Positions 24,728-32,000 of a stretch of DNA of 32,000 bases are shown in pieces. The translations under genes and the position numbers were made by a program. The DNA is taken from the NCBI GenBank assembly GCA_001695645.1, contig LVZN01000007.1, positions 25,909-57,908 on the forward strand, read 5' to 3'. The stretch's first letter is position 1. Every line of letters begins with the position of its first letter. Under the pieces are notes generated by a model. That model was not told the DNA's origin, did not search any database, and saw nothing but the letters and a program-made list of their open reading frames with translations. Origin of the DNA: Erysipelotrichaceae bacterium MTC7 (lineage in GTDB: Bacteria > Bacillota_I > Bacilli_A > Erysipelotrichales > Erysipelotrichaceae).

Positions 24728-25843
24728 CTAAATGTTTTTCATAAACTTAATCACTTTTTTTATTAATAGTTTTAATCTCCTTAATCTCATAGCTTTTTTT
24801 ACACTTGTTTTAAAATCTAGATTTGGATAATAGTTGTTAAATTTTTCGTGCTCTGAACTAGAACATGTGGGTTGTTGTAATTGTTTATTACCATCTATCG
24901 CTTCTTGAACAGGTCTTTCCTCGAATATTATCTTCTCCGAAATGCATTTTAGCATCTCCCCACCCTTCTCATTGTTCTCTAATATTACAGAAATTCCCTT
25001 GGAATAATCGATACGATTTTTCATTAAACTTTTAAGCCCCCAAAAATCTCCTATTGTAATATCAGAAACTCGCTTATCAGTGGCATATTTACAAACATAA
25101 CAAGAATCTCTAAATATACATCCATAAAAAAATGCTAAATAATACATTGAATCTTCTTTACTTTTTTCATATAGTATTTTACCGTTTTCATCAAATAACC
25201 TTAATTTATAATCATCATTATCTCTAAAACTTATATGTTGCGGGTCATATTGAGAAATTTCCTCTAAAAGCATTTTTTGAGAAGGTACACCATGACAAAT
25301 TATATCAACTAGATAAAGATTATTATAATTATGTTTTAAGTAATTTTTCAAACCACTTACTTGACATGGTGTGCCGATAAATAAGACTTTTCTATTATTT
25401 AACAAATCTTTTTTTACACTTTTAAAGTTGTCATTGATATGACTATGAGTATATTTTGATCCCTTAAATTCCCTTATTTCTTCCAATGTTTCTGCCCTTT
25501 TATGTATTACTCCTTTATGTTTATCAAACACGCTTCCGTATACCACACCATTGTTATCGATTATATATTGACTAAGCACAGATGCCACTCCTCCTGAAGT
25601 AGAGGTAATTCTTTGACGGTCTTCATTAGCCCACGCTGCATATGCCTTCTTAGGTCGCACTAAAGAAATTGCATTATTTTCAGGACATGTCTTAAAACAC
25701 AATTTACAGTTTATACATTTTGATTCGTCTATCTCTCCTATCAAATGGCCACGTTCATCTTCATTCATAAACACGGCATTAACTGGACAAACATTAGAAC
25801 ATGCGAAACAACCAGTGCACTTACCTCTTTTGCATATATACAT
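24728..25843 (-). CDS. Fe-S flavoprotein of the coenzyme F420 hydrogenase/dehydrogenase beta-subunit (FrhB/FdhB-like) family
   Basis: 371 aa. It has two ferredoxin motifs, CTGCFACSNVCP and CINCKLCFKTCP. These are followed by SGGVAS, GSKYTHS, GTPCQVSGLK, ICHGVPS, RDSCYVCKY and DITIGDFWG. SD AAAGGAG. Confidence 0.85.
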   Translation of the reverse strand: MYICKRGKCTGCFACSNVCPVNAVFMNEDERGHLIGEIDESKCINCKLCFKTCPENNAISLVRPKKAYAAWANEDRQRITSTSGGVASVLSQYIIDNNGVVYGSVFDKHKGVIHKRAETLEEIREFKGSKYTHSHINDNFKSVKKDLLNNRKVLFIGTPCQVSGLKNYLKHNYNNLYLVDIICHGVPSQKMLLEEISQYDPQHISFRDNDDYKLRLFDENGKILYEKSKEDSMYYLAFFYGCIFRDSCYVCKYATDKRVSDITIGDFWGLKSLMKNRIDYSKGISVILENNEKGGEMLKCISEKIIFEERPVQEAIDGNKQLQQPTCSSSEHEKFNNYYPNLDFKTSVKKAMRLRRLKLLIKKVIKFMKNI

Positions 25844-25883
25844 ATAATTAAGCTCCTTTCTCAGTTCAACTATAGCAATAATA

Positions 25884-27008
25884 CTATTTAACAGATTTCT
25901 TTATAAAGTCTAAAGATGACTTCCTTAATACATTTAGTCTTGCATTTACAGTATCAAAATCTGTGCTTTCACGATTTAATAGAACATTAAAATTATCTAG
26001 GTTAATAATAGTTTGGTCTAATGGAATTCCAAAACTATCAAGTAAGGTCACAATTCTGTCATCATACTCACTTGAATCTAAATTAGATAGTTGAGGTATA
26101 TAGAATCTTTTATTATACAATATTGAAAACACAGAACCGTGAAAAGATGATGATAAAACAATTTCAGCATGTTTAATTAAACTAATAAAATCCTCAGGAG
26201 ATGAGTGAGAAAAGCGTTTCATACCGCTCGCCATTGCTTTATATGTTTTACCTGTACTAAACATTACATACACAGGAAGTCCCGTTGCTTTTTTTATTTG
26301 ATTAATCAACTGTATGTACTCAGATGTATACTCAATCGAATAAAAGAATATGTATTTTTCTTTTGGGTACCTTTCACTTGACAAAGTATCCCACTCTTTA
26401 GTGTCTAGGAGCATTGTTGGATCAAGAGTAACGGTTATGTTCTGATCATCCATTTGTTTAGAAATCGCCATTGCACCCCTCTCTTCTCGAACTGATATAG
26501 AATCAAACGATTGAATATGTTTTACAAAATCAGTTGATGAAACGTTTTCAAGAAATTTATTCGAGTTGCCTAGACTGGGCGCATAAGATACTTTTTTCTT
26601 CTTTGTAAAATTCAACAAGTATGCATAGTCAAAATCCGGTATATTAATATTCCAAATTTGATCACTTCCACAAACAAAAACGTCAAAAATATTACCAATA
26701 GATATTAGTTCGTTAGCATTTTTATAATTACTTTCTGTTAAACTAAAATATTTTTTTGAAAATTCTTCAAAAGAATGTCTATGTTTTTTTATATGCTTAT
26801 AGTCTATAGCGAACAAAATGTTATGTATTATGTTTTTTGAAGAGTTGTTAGGCTTGAAAATTTTATACATCTCTTTCTGTCCTTCATTTTGATAATCAAT
26901 TAAATATACTTCTCCAAAATCGGATAAAGTCTTTTGCAATGCATATGCTTGCAATACAGAGCCATAATTTAATGCTTTGTGATAAGTTATTAGACCAATT
27001 TTATTCAT
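25884..27008 (-). CDS. Polysaccharide pyruvyl transferase family protein
   Basis: MNKIGLITYHKALNYGSVLQAYALQ...VCGSDQIWN (PS_pyruv_trans hallmarks). ATG at 27008 with AGGAGG upstream. The gene overlaps the wzy stop by 8 nt. Confidence 0.85.
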   Translation of the reverse strand: MNKIGLITYHKALNYGSVLQAYALQKTLSDFGEVYLIDYQNEGQKEMYKIFKPNNSSKNIIHNILFAIDYKHIKKHRHSFEEFSKKYFSLTESNYKNANELISIGNIFDVFVCGSDQIWNINIPDFDYAYLLNFTKKKKVSYAPSLGNSNKFLENVSSTDFVKHIQSFDSISVREERGAMAISKQMDDQNITVTLDPTMLLDTKEWDTLSSERYPKEKYIFFYSIEYTSEYIQLINQIKKATGLPVYVMFSTGKTYKAMASGMKRFSHSSPEDFISLIKHAEIVLSSSFHGSVFSILYNKRFYIPQLSNLDSSEYDDRIVTLLDSFGIPLDQTIINLDNFNVLLNRESTDFDTVNARLNVLRKSSLDFIKKSVK

Positions 27009-28140
27009 ATAATTCCTCCTGTGTATACACATTATTATAAATCGCAGCACTAAAATAAATGAAAGTAAAATTATAAAAGAAAGTAGAAAGAATATTCTCA
27101 GTTACTGCATATAAGCCAATCATAAAAATAGAGAGCAAAACATATATTTGTTTTTTACTAACTAAATATTTGATTGTTTTGAACAATCCTACAAAGAAAA
27201 GTATGACTGCAACAAGACCATTTGCCAGAAGCAAATTCAAATATCCTGAATCAAGAAATGCATATTTATTATTCCAATAATTCACTATTTTTTGTCCAAA
27301 TAAACTGACTTGAAAACGATATAAGAAGATATGCGAGTATGTAATTCTATATTGCAATAATGAATCGATGGCTTTTATTAATGGTAACTGACCCACACTT
27401 CCATATACCCATTTTGGAAATACGTAACTTATTAAAAAAAGAATCAGTGATGACAAATACGTCAAATTTCCAAAGTTTATCAAAATTTGCATTTTTTTTG
27501 TTTTCCTTATTATAAAAACAAATACTATAAGCAAACAAATCACAGCGAATGATGTTCTGCTCTTTGTAAAGTAAAACTGTAACAAATTTATTAATGCCAT
27601 TAACAATAAATCTTTGTTTTCAAACCTATCTTTGTACAAGACTAAAAATAGTAAAAATTCTTCTAATAACACTTTTCCTAGAACATTTGGATGCTCATAT
27701 CCAAGAGCATTTCTCAAAACGGACTCTCCTTCACGCAAATGTACCATTTCTAAATTGTCAACGAATCCAAAAAAAGATGCCAGTATAATACTAATCATGA
27801 ATATAATTTTGGTAATAAAACGAATCTTTAAAGTTTTTCTAAAACTAACATTTTTGATTCCTACAATCGCTAATATTATAATTAATGAAGTTGTGCTTTT
27901 AGAGAAATACCAGTTAAAAAAACCAAATATAATAAGTCCAAAAATTAGTAAGTATTCTTTTCTTTCATAGGACGTGGTGAATATTTTTAAAAAAACAAAG
28001 ACTACGGATAAAAACAGAAAAAGAATTATTGGATATGTTTGCAATAATGATGTTCGTAAAGAGTAATATGCTGAAATGAAAAAAGTAAACGCAAAATAAT
28101 ACTCATTATTCCATTTTTTTAGTTCTTTAAAATAGTTCAT
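27001..28140 (-). CDS. wzy: O-antigen polymerase/ligase-like membrane protein (Wzy candidate)
   Basis: 379 aa with about 10 hydrophobic segments. The loop LRNALGYEHPNVLGKVLLEEF resembles the Wzy_C H-N-x-x-L...E motif. SD AAGGAG. Confidence 0.7.
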   Translation of the reverse strand: MNYFKELKKWNNEYYFAFTFFISAYYSLRTSLLQTYPIILFLFLSVVFVFLKIFTTSYERKEYLLIFGLIIFGFFNWYFSKSTTSLIIILAIVGIKNVSFRKTLKIRFITKIIFMISIILASFFGFVDNLEMVHLREGESVLRNALGYEHPNVLGKVLLEEFLLFLVLYKDRFENKDLLLMALINLLQFYFTKSRTSFAVICLLIVFVFIIRKTKKMQILINFGNLTYLSSLILFLISYVFPKWVYGSVGQLPLIKAIDSLLQYRITYSHIFLYRFQVSLFGQKIVNYWNNKYAFLDSGYLNLLLANGLVAVILFFVGLFKTIKYLVSKKQIYVLLSIFMIGLYAVTENILSTFFYNFTFIYFSAAIYNNVYTQEELYE

Positions 28141-28190
28141 ATGTTTTACTCCTTAAGTTTTATCAATAACAAATACTAAGACACTTGATT

Positions 28191-29279
28191 TTATCCTAAG
28201 TAAATTTTTGTCAATTCGTCCACCTCAGTTTTAATGTCATACCCTGCTTTAGAAATGAGTTCTCTATTTATTTTACTTTCATTTGCTCGATCATAGATTT
28301 GCTCAATGGAAAGAACAATTTCCTCAACCCAATCATCTGGATTCTTTAGATCTACATATTTAAGGGTTTCTGCTACGTTTACCTCTTTACATATTTCTGT
28401 GGAAACTACACATCGAAGGCCATTGGCTTGTGCTTCCAGCAAAACCAATCCAAATCCTTCATAAATCGAAGGAAATATAAACAAATCCATCGCGCAAAGA
28501 TACTTAGTTACCTCATTAGTTCCATATATAAACTTGACTCGGTTAGATAACCCAAGTGATTCAACTAAATTAACTAGTTTTTCTTTCTCTTCTCCATCAC
28601 CAATAAACAGTACTTTTGTATTATACTCTTTGGGTATGTTATCAATAAGTTTAATAATATATTCCTGGTTCTTTTGTCTATTTAGCAATCCAACATGTCC
28701 TAGTACAATATTTTTCTCAAAGCCTAACTCTTTTCTAACTTTTTCCCTTAGAATTGAATCAAAGCCAAACTTATCAATCTCGATTGCATTGTTTAGAACA
28801 AAAAAATCTCTATTCCCATATAACCAGTTTCCCGCCTGCTTTGAGCAAGCAATTGCGTAACTATAAGAAAAATAGAAAAATGGTTTAATCAAATTATTGA
28901 TTAGTGGATGTTGTGTATGATCATTATGACAGTGTGCTATTCTTGTTTCAACCTTCATTAACTTCGCGATTAACAGTTCCAATGCCATTGTCGAACTATT
29001 TCCATTAACATGAATTGCGTCGTAGCTGTTTAGTTTGATAAGCTTTATTAGTTTATACAAGTAAACAATCGGATTTTTCTTTCTATAATTGATTTCTATT
29101 ATAGAATCAGTTATTTGTTCCAATGAATCAAAAACATCCTGTGTCATGAAAATCGTTGACAATATACTTATTTCCAATTCATCTTTATTCATATGCTTAT
29201 ATAAGTTTTGAATCATTATGGAAATACCATTATTATTAAATGGAACAGTATTTACAACAAGTACTCTTTTTTTTCTCAT
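28191..29279 (-). CDS. GT4-family (GT-B, glycosyltransferase 1) glycosyltransferase
   Basis: 362 aa. The C-terminal motif FPSIYEGFGLVLLEAQANGLRCV is the E-x7-E motif of retaining GT4 enzymes. ATGA start/stop overlap with the upstream GT2. Confidence 0.88.
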   Translation of the reverse strand: MRKKRVLVVNTVPFNNNGISIMIQNLYKHMNKDELEISILSTIFMTQDVFDSLEQITDSIIEINYRKKNPIVYLYKLIKLIKLNSYDAIHVNGNSSTMALELLIAKLMKVETRIAHCHNDHTQHPLINNLIKPFFYFSYSYAIACSKQAGNWLYGNRDFFVLNNAIEIDKFGFDSILREKVRKELGFEKNIVLGHVGLLNRQKNQEYIIKLIDNIPKEYNTKVLFIGDGEEKEKLVNLVESLGLSNRVKFIYGTNEVTKYLCAMDLFIFPSIYEGFGLVLLEAQANGLRCVVSTEICKEVNVAETLKYVDLKNPDDWVEEIVLSIEQIYDRANESKINRELISKAGYDIKTEVDELTKIYLG

Positions 29280-30298
29280 TTTTTTATGTCCTTTAATTTA
29301 TAAATAAATAATATAATGCCAATAAACTTATAATTTAGCAACCTATATTGAATTTTGTGTTTGAATTTTAATTTTTTGCTTGCTTTACTCAACGTTTTAA
29401 TGTTTTTATCATTATTTAAATCAAGACTAAGTTTTAGTAGTCCTTCTTTTTGTATTTTTTTTGTTGGGTGGTTTAATTTAAAATAATTTCCTATACACCT
29501 AACGTATGACATTGCTAAATAAAAAGCATAACTATTCTTTACTTCGACAAGCTCAAAAAACTCTTTTTTTTCAAGAACCTTCCTAATTAACTTAGATGCA
29601 TACTTGCTTTCTTTGTCAAAATTAGCCCTATAACGTTCCATAACTGATACATCAGTGCGCACATAGTTATAGAGTATTTCATTGTAAATACCTAAAGAGC
29701 TAATGTCACTAAATAAGTCAACACAAAATAACAAGTCTTCTTGAAACAAAAGATCGTTTTTAAAATACTTTTTATTTACAGTATTTAAATTAACAACAAT
29801 GTTCCATCCCACCCCACGTATTTTCCCATATAATAAATCTGGGATAATTATTGTATTAATTTGCTTTTTAAATAATATAGAGTTTGATTCATATGGTAGT
29901 CTATTTTTTTCTATTAACTTATTGCTCTGATTTAAAGTTTGAAATGCAAACATTATAACATCATTATCTGAATTTTTGGAAAAATCCACCAGTTTTGAGA
30001 AGCTCCCTTCTGAATAGTAATCATCAGCATCAGCAAAAGTTAGATGATCTCCGCAAGCATTTTTAATTCCTTCATTACGTGCAACAGATACCCCCTCGTT
30101 TTTTTTATTGATAATTTTAAACCTCTTATCAGATAAACTAAATTCCTCAATGACTTGCTTGGTTTTATCTGTTGACCCATCGTTCACAATAATAACTTCA
30201 TAGTTACAGTAGTCTTGCTTTTTTATTGAATCAAGTAGTTGTGCGATAGTCCCTTCTCCGTTGTATACTGGAATAACTATACTTAGCTTATCAATCAT
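29276..30298 (-). CDS. GT2 glycosyltransferase
   Basis: 340 aa. Motifs IVIPVYNGEGTI...IVNDGSTDKT...ADADD. SD AAAGGAG. It overlaps the upstream gene by 8 nt. Confidence 0.88.
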   Translation of the reverse strand: MIDKLSIVIPVYNGEGTIAQLLDSIKKQDYCNYEVIIVNDGSTDKTKQVIEEFSLSDKRFKIINKKNEGVSVARNEGIKNACGDHLTFADADDYYSEGSFSKLVDFSKNSDNDVIMFAFQTLNQSNKLIEKNRLPYESNSILFKKQINTIIIPDLLYGKIRGVGWNIVVNLNTVNKKYFKNDLLFQEDLLFCVDLFSDISSLGIYNEILYNYVRTDVSVMERYRANFDKESKYASKLIRKVLEKKEFFELVEVKNSYAFYLAMSYVRCIGNYFKLNHPTKKIQKEGLLKLSLDLNNDKNIKTLSKASKKLKFKHKIQYRLLNYKFIGIILFIYKLKDIKK

Positions 30299-30812
30299 TT
30301 TTTATATCTCCTTTTGATATAATTTTATTTACTAATTCATCCAACTTTTTGCAAAAGTTCAAATTATTTTCATTTATCATTACAATGCCATCATCAAATT
30401 GTTTTTTTTCTGCTAATAGTATGGTTTTATATAAATCATCTGTGGTATAAACAGGTAATATACCCCAACCTTCTTTTGCTAAAAACTTCACAAAATCAAC
30501 TTGGTGATCATTTACATGCTCTCCATATTTTGCCTGTCGAGGGACTACGATGGGTACCTTTCCATTTTTAATTGGCATTAGAAAACTTGCAGGACCACCA
30601 TGTGTTATTACAACTGATGCCTTCTCTATATAATCAGACATCTCATCATAATTTAACATTTTCTTATATTTACAATATTGTGGTATATATGTAGAATAAC
30701 CAATTTGCATAAACACCTCATTTTTTACTTTTTTTTCTTTAACGAGCTTATCTATTTCTTGGATTAATCTATCAAATTGCTGCTCATGCGTTCCAACTGT
30801 AACGAAAATCAT
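30291..30812 (-). CDS. Alg13-like glycosyltransferase catalytic subunit (Cps14G/PssE-like)
   Basis: 173 aa. Motifs MIFVTVGTHEQQFDRL...THGGPAS...EHVNDHQ. Confidence 0.87.
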   Translation of the reverse strand: MIFVTVGTHEQQFDRLIQEIDKLVKEKKVKNEVFMQIGYSTYIPQYCKYKKMLNYDEMSDYIEKASVVITHGGPASFLMPIKNGKVPIVVPRQAKYGEHVNDHQVDFVKFLAKEGWGILPVYTTDDLYKTILLAEKKQFDDGIVMINENNLNFCKKLDELVNKIISKGDIKND

Positions 30813-30829
30813 AACTCAAATCCTTTCTC

Positions 30830-31279
30830 TTAAAATAAACTTCCGAATAATTTTGCTTTTGGATATACTTTTAGTTGTTCCTCCCACTGAACTATAAATG
30901 CATTAGATATAGGATAAACAAGTTTTCCAGTAATAGTTGGTTTATCAACCCTGTCAAAAACCTCGATATATACAACTTTGCATCCGAAAGCCTTTCCTAT
31001 ATAAAAGAATGGCACAGCTACGGCCGCACCAGATGAGACGATTACATCAGGTTTTTCTTTGATTAATACTTTTACTGCTAAGAAAGTATTTCTTAGCAAG
31101 TTCTTTAAATTTCTATTTGTTGGAAAATAGCAATTGATCATTCTTTCATCTTTCAGTACACTTCTTGCGTCAGGTTTGTCAAACGTCACCCAAAATCTTT
31201 CGTACTTTTCCCAAAAAGGTTTAAGCGCATATAAATGTGCCAAATGCCCACCACTAGAGCCCACTAATGCTATTTTCAT
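30830..31279 (-). CDS. Alg14-like glycosyltransferase partner subunit (Cps14F/PssD-like)
   Basis: MKIALVGSSGGHLAHL...PDVIVSSGAAVAVP. ATG at 31279 with AAAGGAG 9 nt upstream. The longer track start (31300) would overlap the upstream gene and is rejected. Confidence 0.87.
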   Translation of the reverse strand: MKIALVGSSGGHLAHLYALKPFWEKYERFWVTFDKPDARSVLKDERMINCYFPTNRNLKNLLRNTFLAVKVLIKEKPDVIVSSGAAVAVPFFYIGKAFGCKVVYIEVFDRVDKPTITGKLVYPISNAFIVQWEEQLKVYPKAKLFGSLF

Positions 31280-31280
31280 A

Positions 31281-31898
31281 TTACAATGCTCCTTTTCCAT
31301 AGATCACACTTTTTACAGTTTTATATATAATTATAAAATCTAAACCAACTGTCCAATTTCTATAATAATAGTCATCCAATTTACACCTATCTTTGAAACT
31401 AACATCACTTCTACCGTTAGCTTGCCACATTCCAGTTATACCAGGTTTAGATTTAATTATTGAATCGTAGTATATACCCATATCTTGTTTTTCTCTAAAC
31501 AAGTAAGGTCTAGGTCCTACAAAACTCATCTCTCCTTTTAATACATTAATAAATTGTGGAAATTCATCTAAAGATGTTTTTCGTAATTTTTTTCCAACTT
31601 CTGTAATTCGTGGATCGTTTTTGATCTTTTTTTCTGTTAAATATTCTTCTCGTATGCTTGGATTACTACTCATTAAGTCCTCCAACACAGCTTCTGCATT
31701 CGGTATCATTGAGCGATATTTATATATCCTTATTTTTTTTCCATCTTTACCAATTCGGTCCTGTGTAAAAAAAATAGAATCTCTATCTCCAGAGCGAACA
31801 TACTTAAACTTTACATATAACGTTAACGGAAACAATATAGCACAACCTGCTAAACCAGCACAAATATCAACGAACCGCTTGAAAATATTAGCTATCAT
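31281..31898 (-). CDS. Small monotopic phosphoglycosyl transferase (bacterial sugar transferase family, PglC/EpsL-like), initiating enzyme
   Basis: 205 aa with an N-terminal re-entrant hydrophobic helix. Motifs KYRSM and SLDEFPQFINVLKGEMSFVGPRP are family hallmarks. It is the first gene of the block. Confidence 0.9.
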   Translation of the reverse strand: MIANIFKRFVDICAGLAGCAILFPLTLYVKFKYVRSGDRDSIFFTQDRIGKDGKKIRIYKYRSMIPNAEAVLEDLMSSNPSIREEYLTEKKIKNDPRITEVGKKLRKTSLDEFPQFINVLKGEMSFVGPRPYLFREKQDMGIYYDSIIKSKPGITGMWQANGRSDVSFKDRCKLDDYYYRNWTVGLDFIIIYKTVKSVIYGKGAL

Positions 31899-31922
31899 TC
31901 CAATACGTCCTTTGGACGTGGA

Positions 31923-31955
31923 AATAAAAAAGTGATGGAGAAAAACACTCCATCA
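31923..31955 (-). terminator. Rho-independent terminator-like hairpin 24 nt upstream of the phosphoglycosyl transferase start
   Basis: Minus strand reads UGAUGGAG-UGUUUUU-CUCCAUCA (8-bp stem, 31955..31933), followed by CUUUUUUAUUU (31932..31922). Confidence 0.7.
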
Positions 31956-32000
31956 TCTTAAAGAAAAAAAACAAATCGTATAAAAGGTACCTTCACTACT

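Noticed and set aside
1511-27538. Minus-strand ORFs nested out of frame in real genes (1511..1729, 5939..6124, 9435..9635, 15078..15332, 20234..20440, 20362..20646, 27347..27538)
   Set aside because: They fall entirely inside better-supported CDSs in another frame or orientation, with no SD and no recognisable motifs.
3891-31300. Longer N-terminal extensions offered by the ORF track (3891..3920, 19106..19135, 19622..19678, 20092..20109, 24656..24688, 27009..27050, 31280..31300)
   Set aside because: The extensions begin at TTG/GTG or lack an SD, overlap the upstream gene or a hairpin, and add residues in front of conserved family N-termini. The internal ATGs mostly have a good SD or start/stop coupling; the 3890 and 19105 starts lack an SD too.
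6618-31778. A8/T8 homopolymer tracts inside many glycosyltransferase, wzy, wzx, LCP and PGT genes as possible slipped-strand phase-variation switches (for example 14574..14581, 17330..17337, 27492..27499, 29268..29275)
   Set aside because: They occur in nearly every gene and mostly encode Lys-Lys (AAA AAA), with a few Phe-Phe (TTT TTT) tracts, as expected in AT-rich DNA. None exceeds 8 nt or stands out. There is no evidence of frameshifted variants in this single sequence.
23246-31898. Impression that the Wzx/Wzy block is more AT-rich than the rest (a horizontally exchanged serotype cassette)
   Set aside because: My spot counts of individual 60-nt lines ranged from about 20 to 42 percent GC inside the block and about 23 to 45 percent outside it. 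That is too heterogeneous to support a compositional boundary without a proper sliding-window calculation.
2-31935. All plus-strand ORFs in the track other than 20184..21137 (for example 2..208, 644..832, 4832..5101, 10354..10659, 12943..13203, 15501..15806, 21703..22080, 27614..27970, 28534..28860, 31621..31935)
   Set aside because: Each lies antisense to a long, motif-supported minus-strand gene (or to the T-box leader). They have low-complexity, Ser/Leu/Phe/Ile-rich translations with no recognisable domains or SD sites. These are typical shadow ORFs of AT-rich DNA.
1-32000. Looked for CRISPR repeats, tRNA/rRNA genes, transposases, integrases, terminal inverted repeats, toxin-antitoxin pairs and known defence-gene signatures
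   Set aside because: None found. No periodic direct repeats, no cloverleaf-like or rRNA-like segments in the short intergenic regions, and no recombinase or nuclease motifs in any ORF.

Overview
Low-GC, Bacillota-like chromosomal segment (inference from composition, AAGGAG-type Shine-Dalgarno sites and a T-box leader). About 30 tightly packed genes, all but one on the minus strand, almost entirely given over to cell-envelope glycan synthesis. Read in the direction of transcription (right to left) there are five parts. (1) A Wzx/Wzy-type repeat-unit block (31898->21169): small phosphoglycosyl transferase, split Alg14/Alg13-like GT, GT2, GT4, Wzy-like polymerase, pyruvyl transferase, FrhB-like Fe-S flavoprotein, Wzx flippase, LCP ligase, GalE. 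(2) One inverted plus-strand GT2 gene with its own promoter and a bidirectional terminator. (3) A glycosyltransferase block (20091->13225): second Alg14/Alg13 pair, three GT2s, a tandem-GT2 protein, and a GacI/GacJ-like polyprenyl-phosphate sugar synthase pair. (4) An interruption by a T-box-controlled thrS lacking the TGS domain and an orphan DUF2971 gene. (5) An ABC-exporter block (10008->1): Wzt-like ATPase with a C-terminal extension, Wzm-like permease, second tandem GT2, a 649-aa polytopic membrane protein, a MerR-methyltransferase fusion, and rfbA-rfbC-rfbB-rfbD (rfbD truncated at the window edge). I saw no tRNA, rRNA, CRISPR array, transposase or integrase. Nothing here looks like a defence or mobile system. 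The points worth a second look are unexplained enzyme pairings and regulatory geometry inside a composite glycan locus. All family assignments come from motif recognition by eye, not from database searches.
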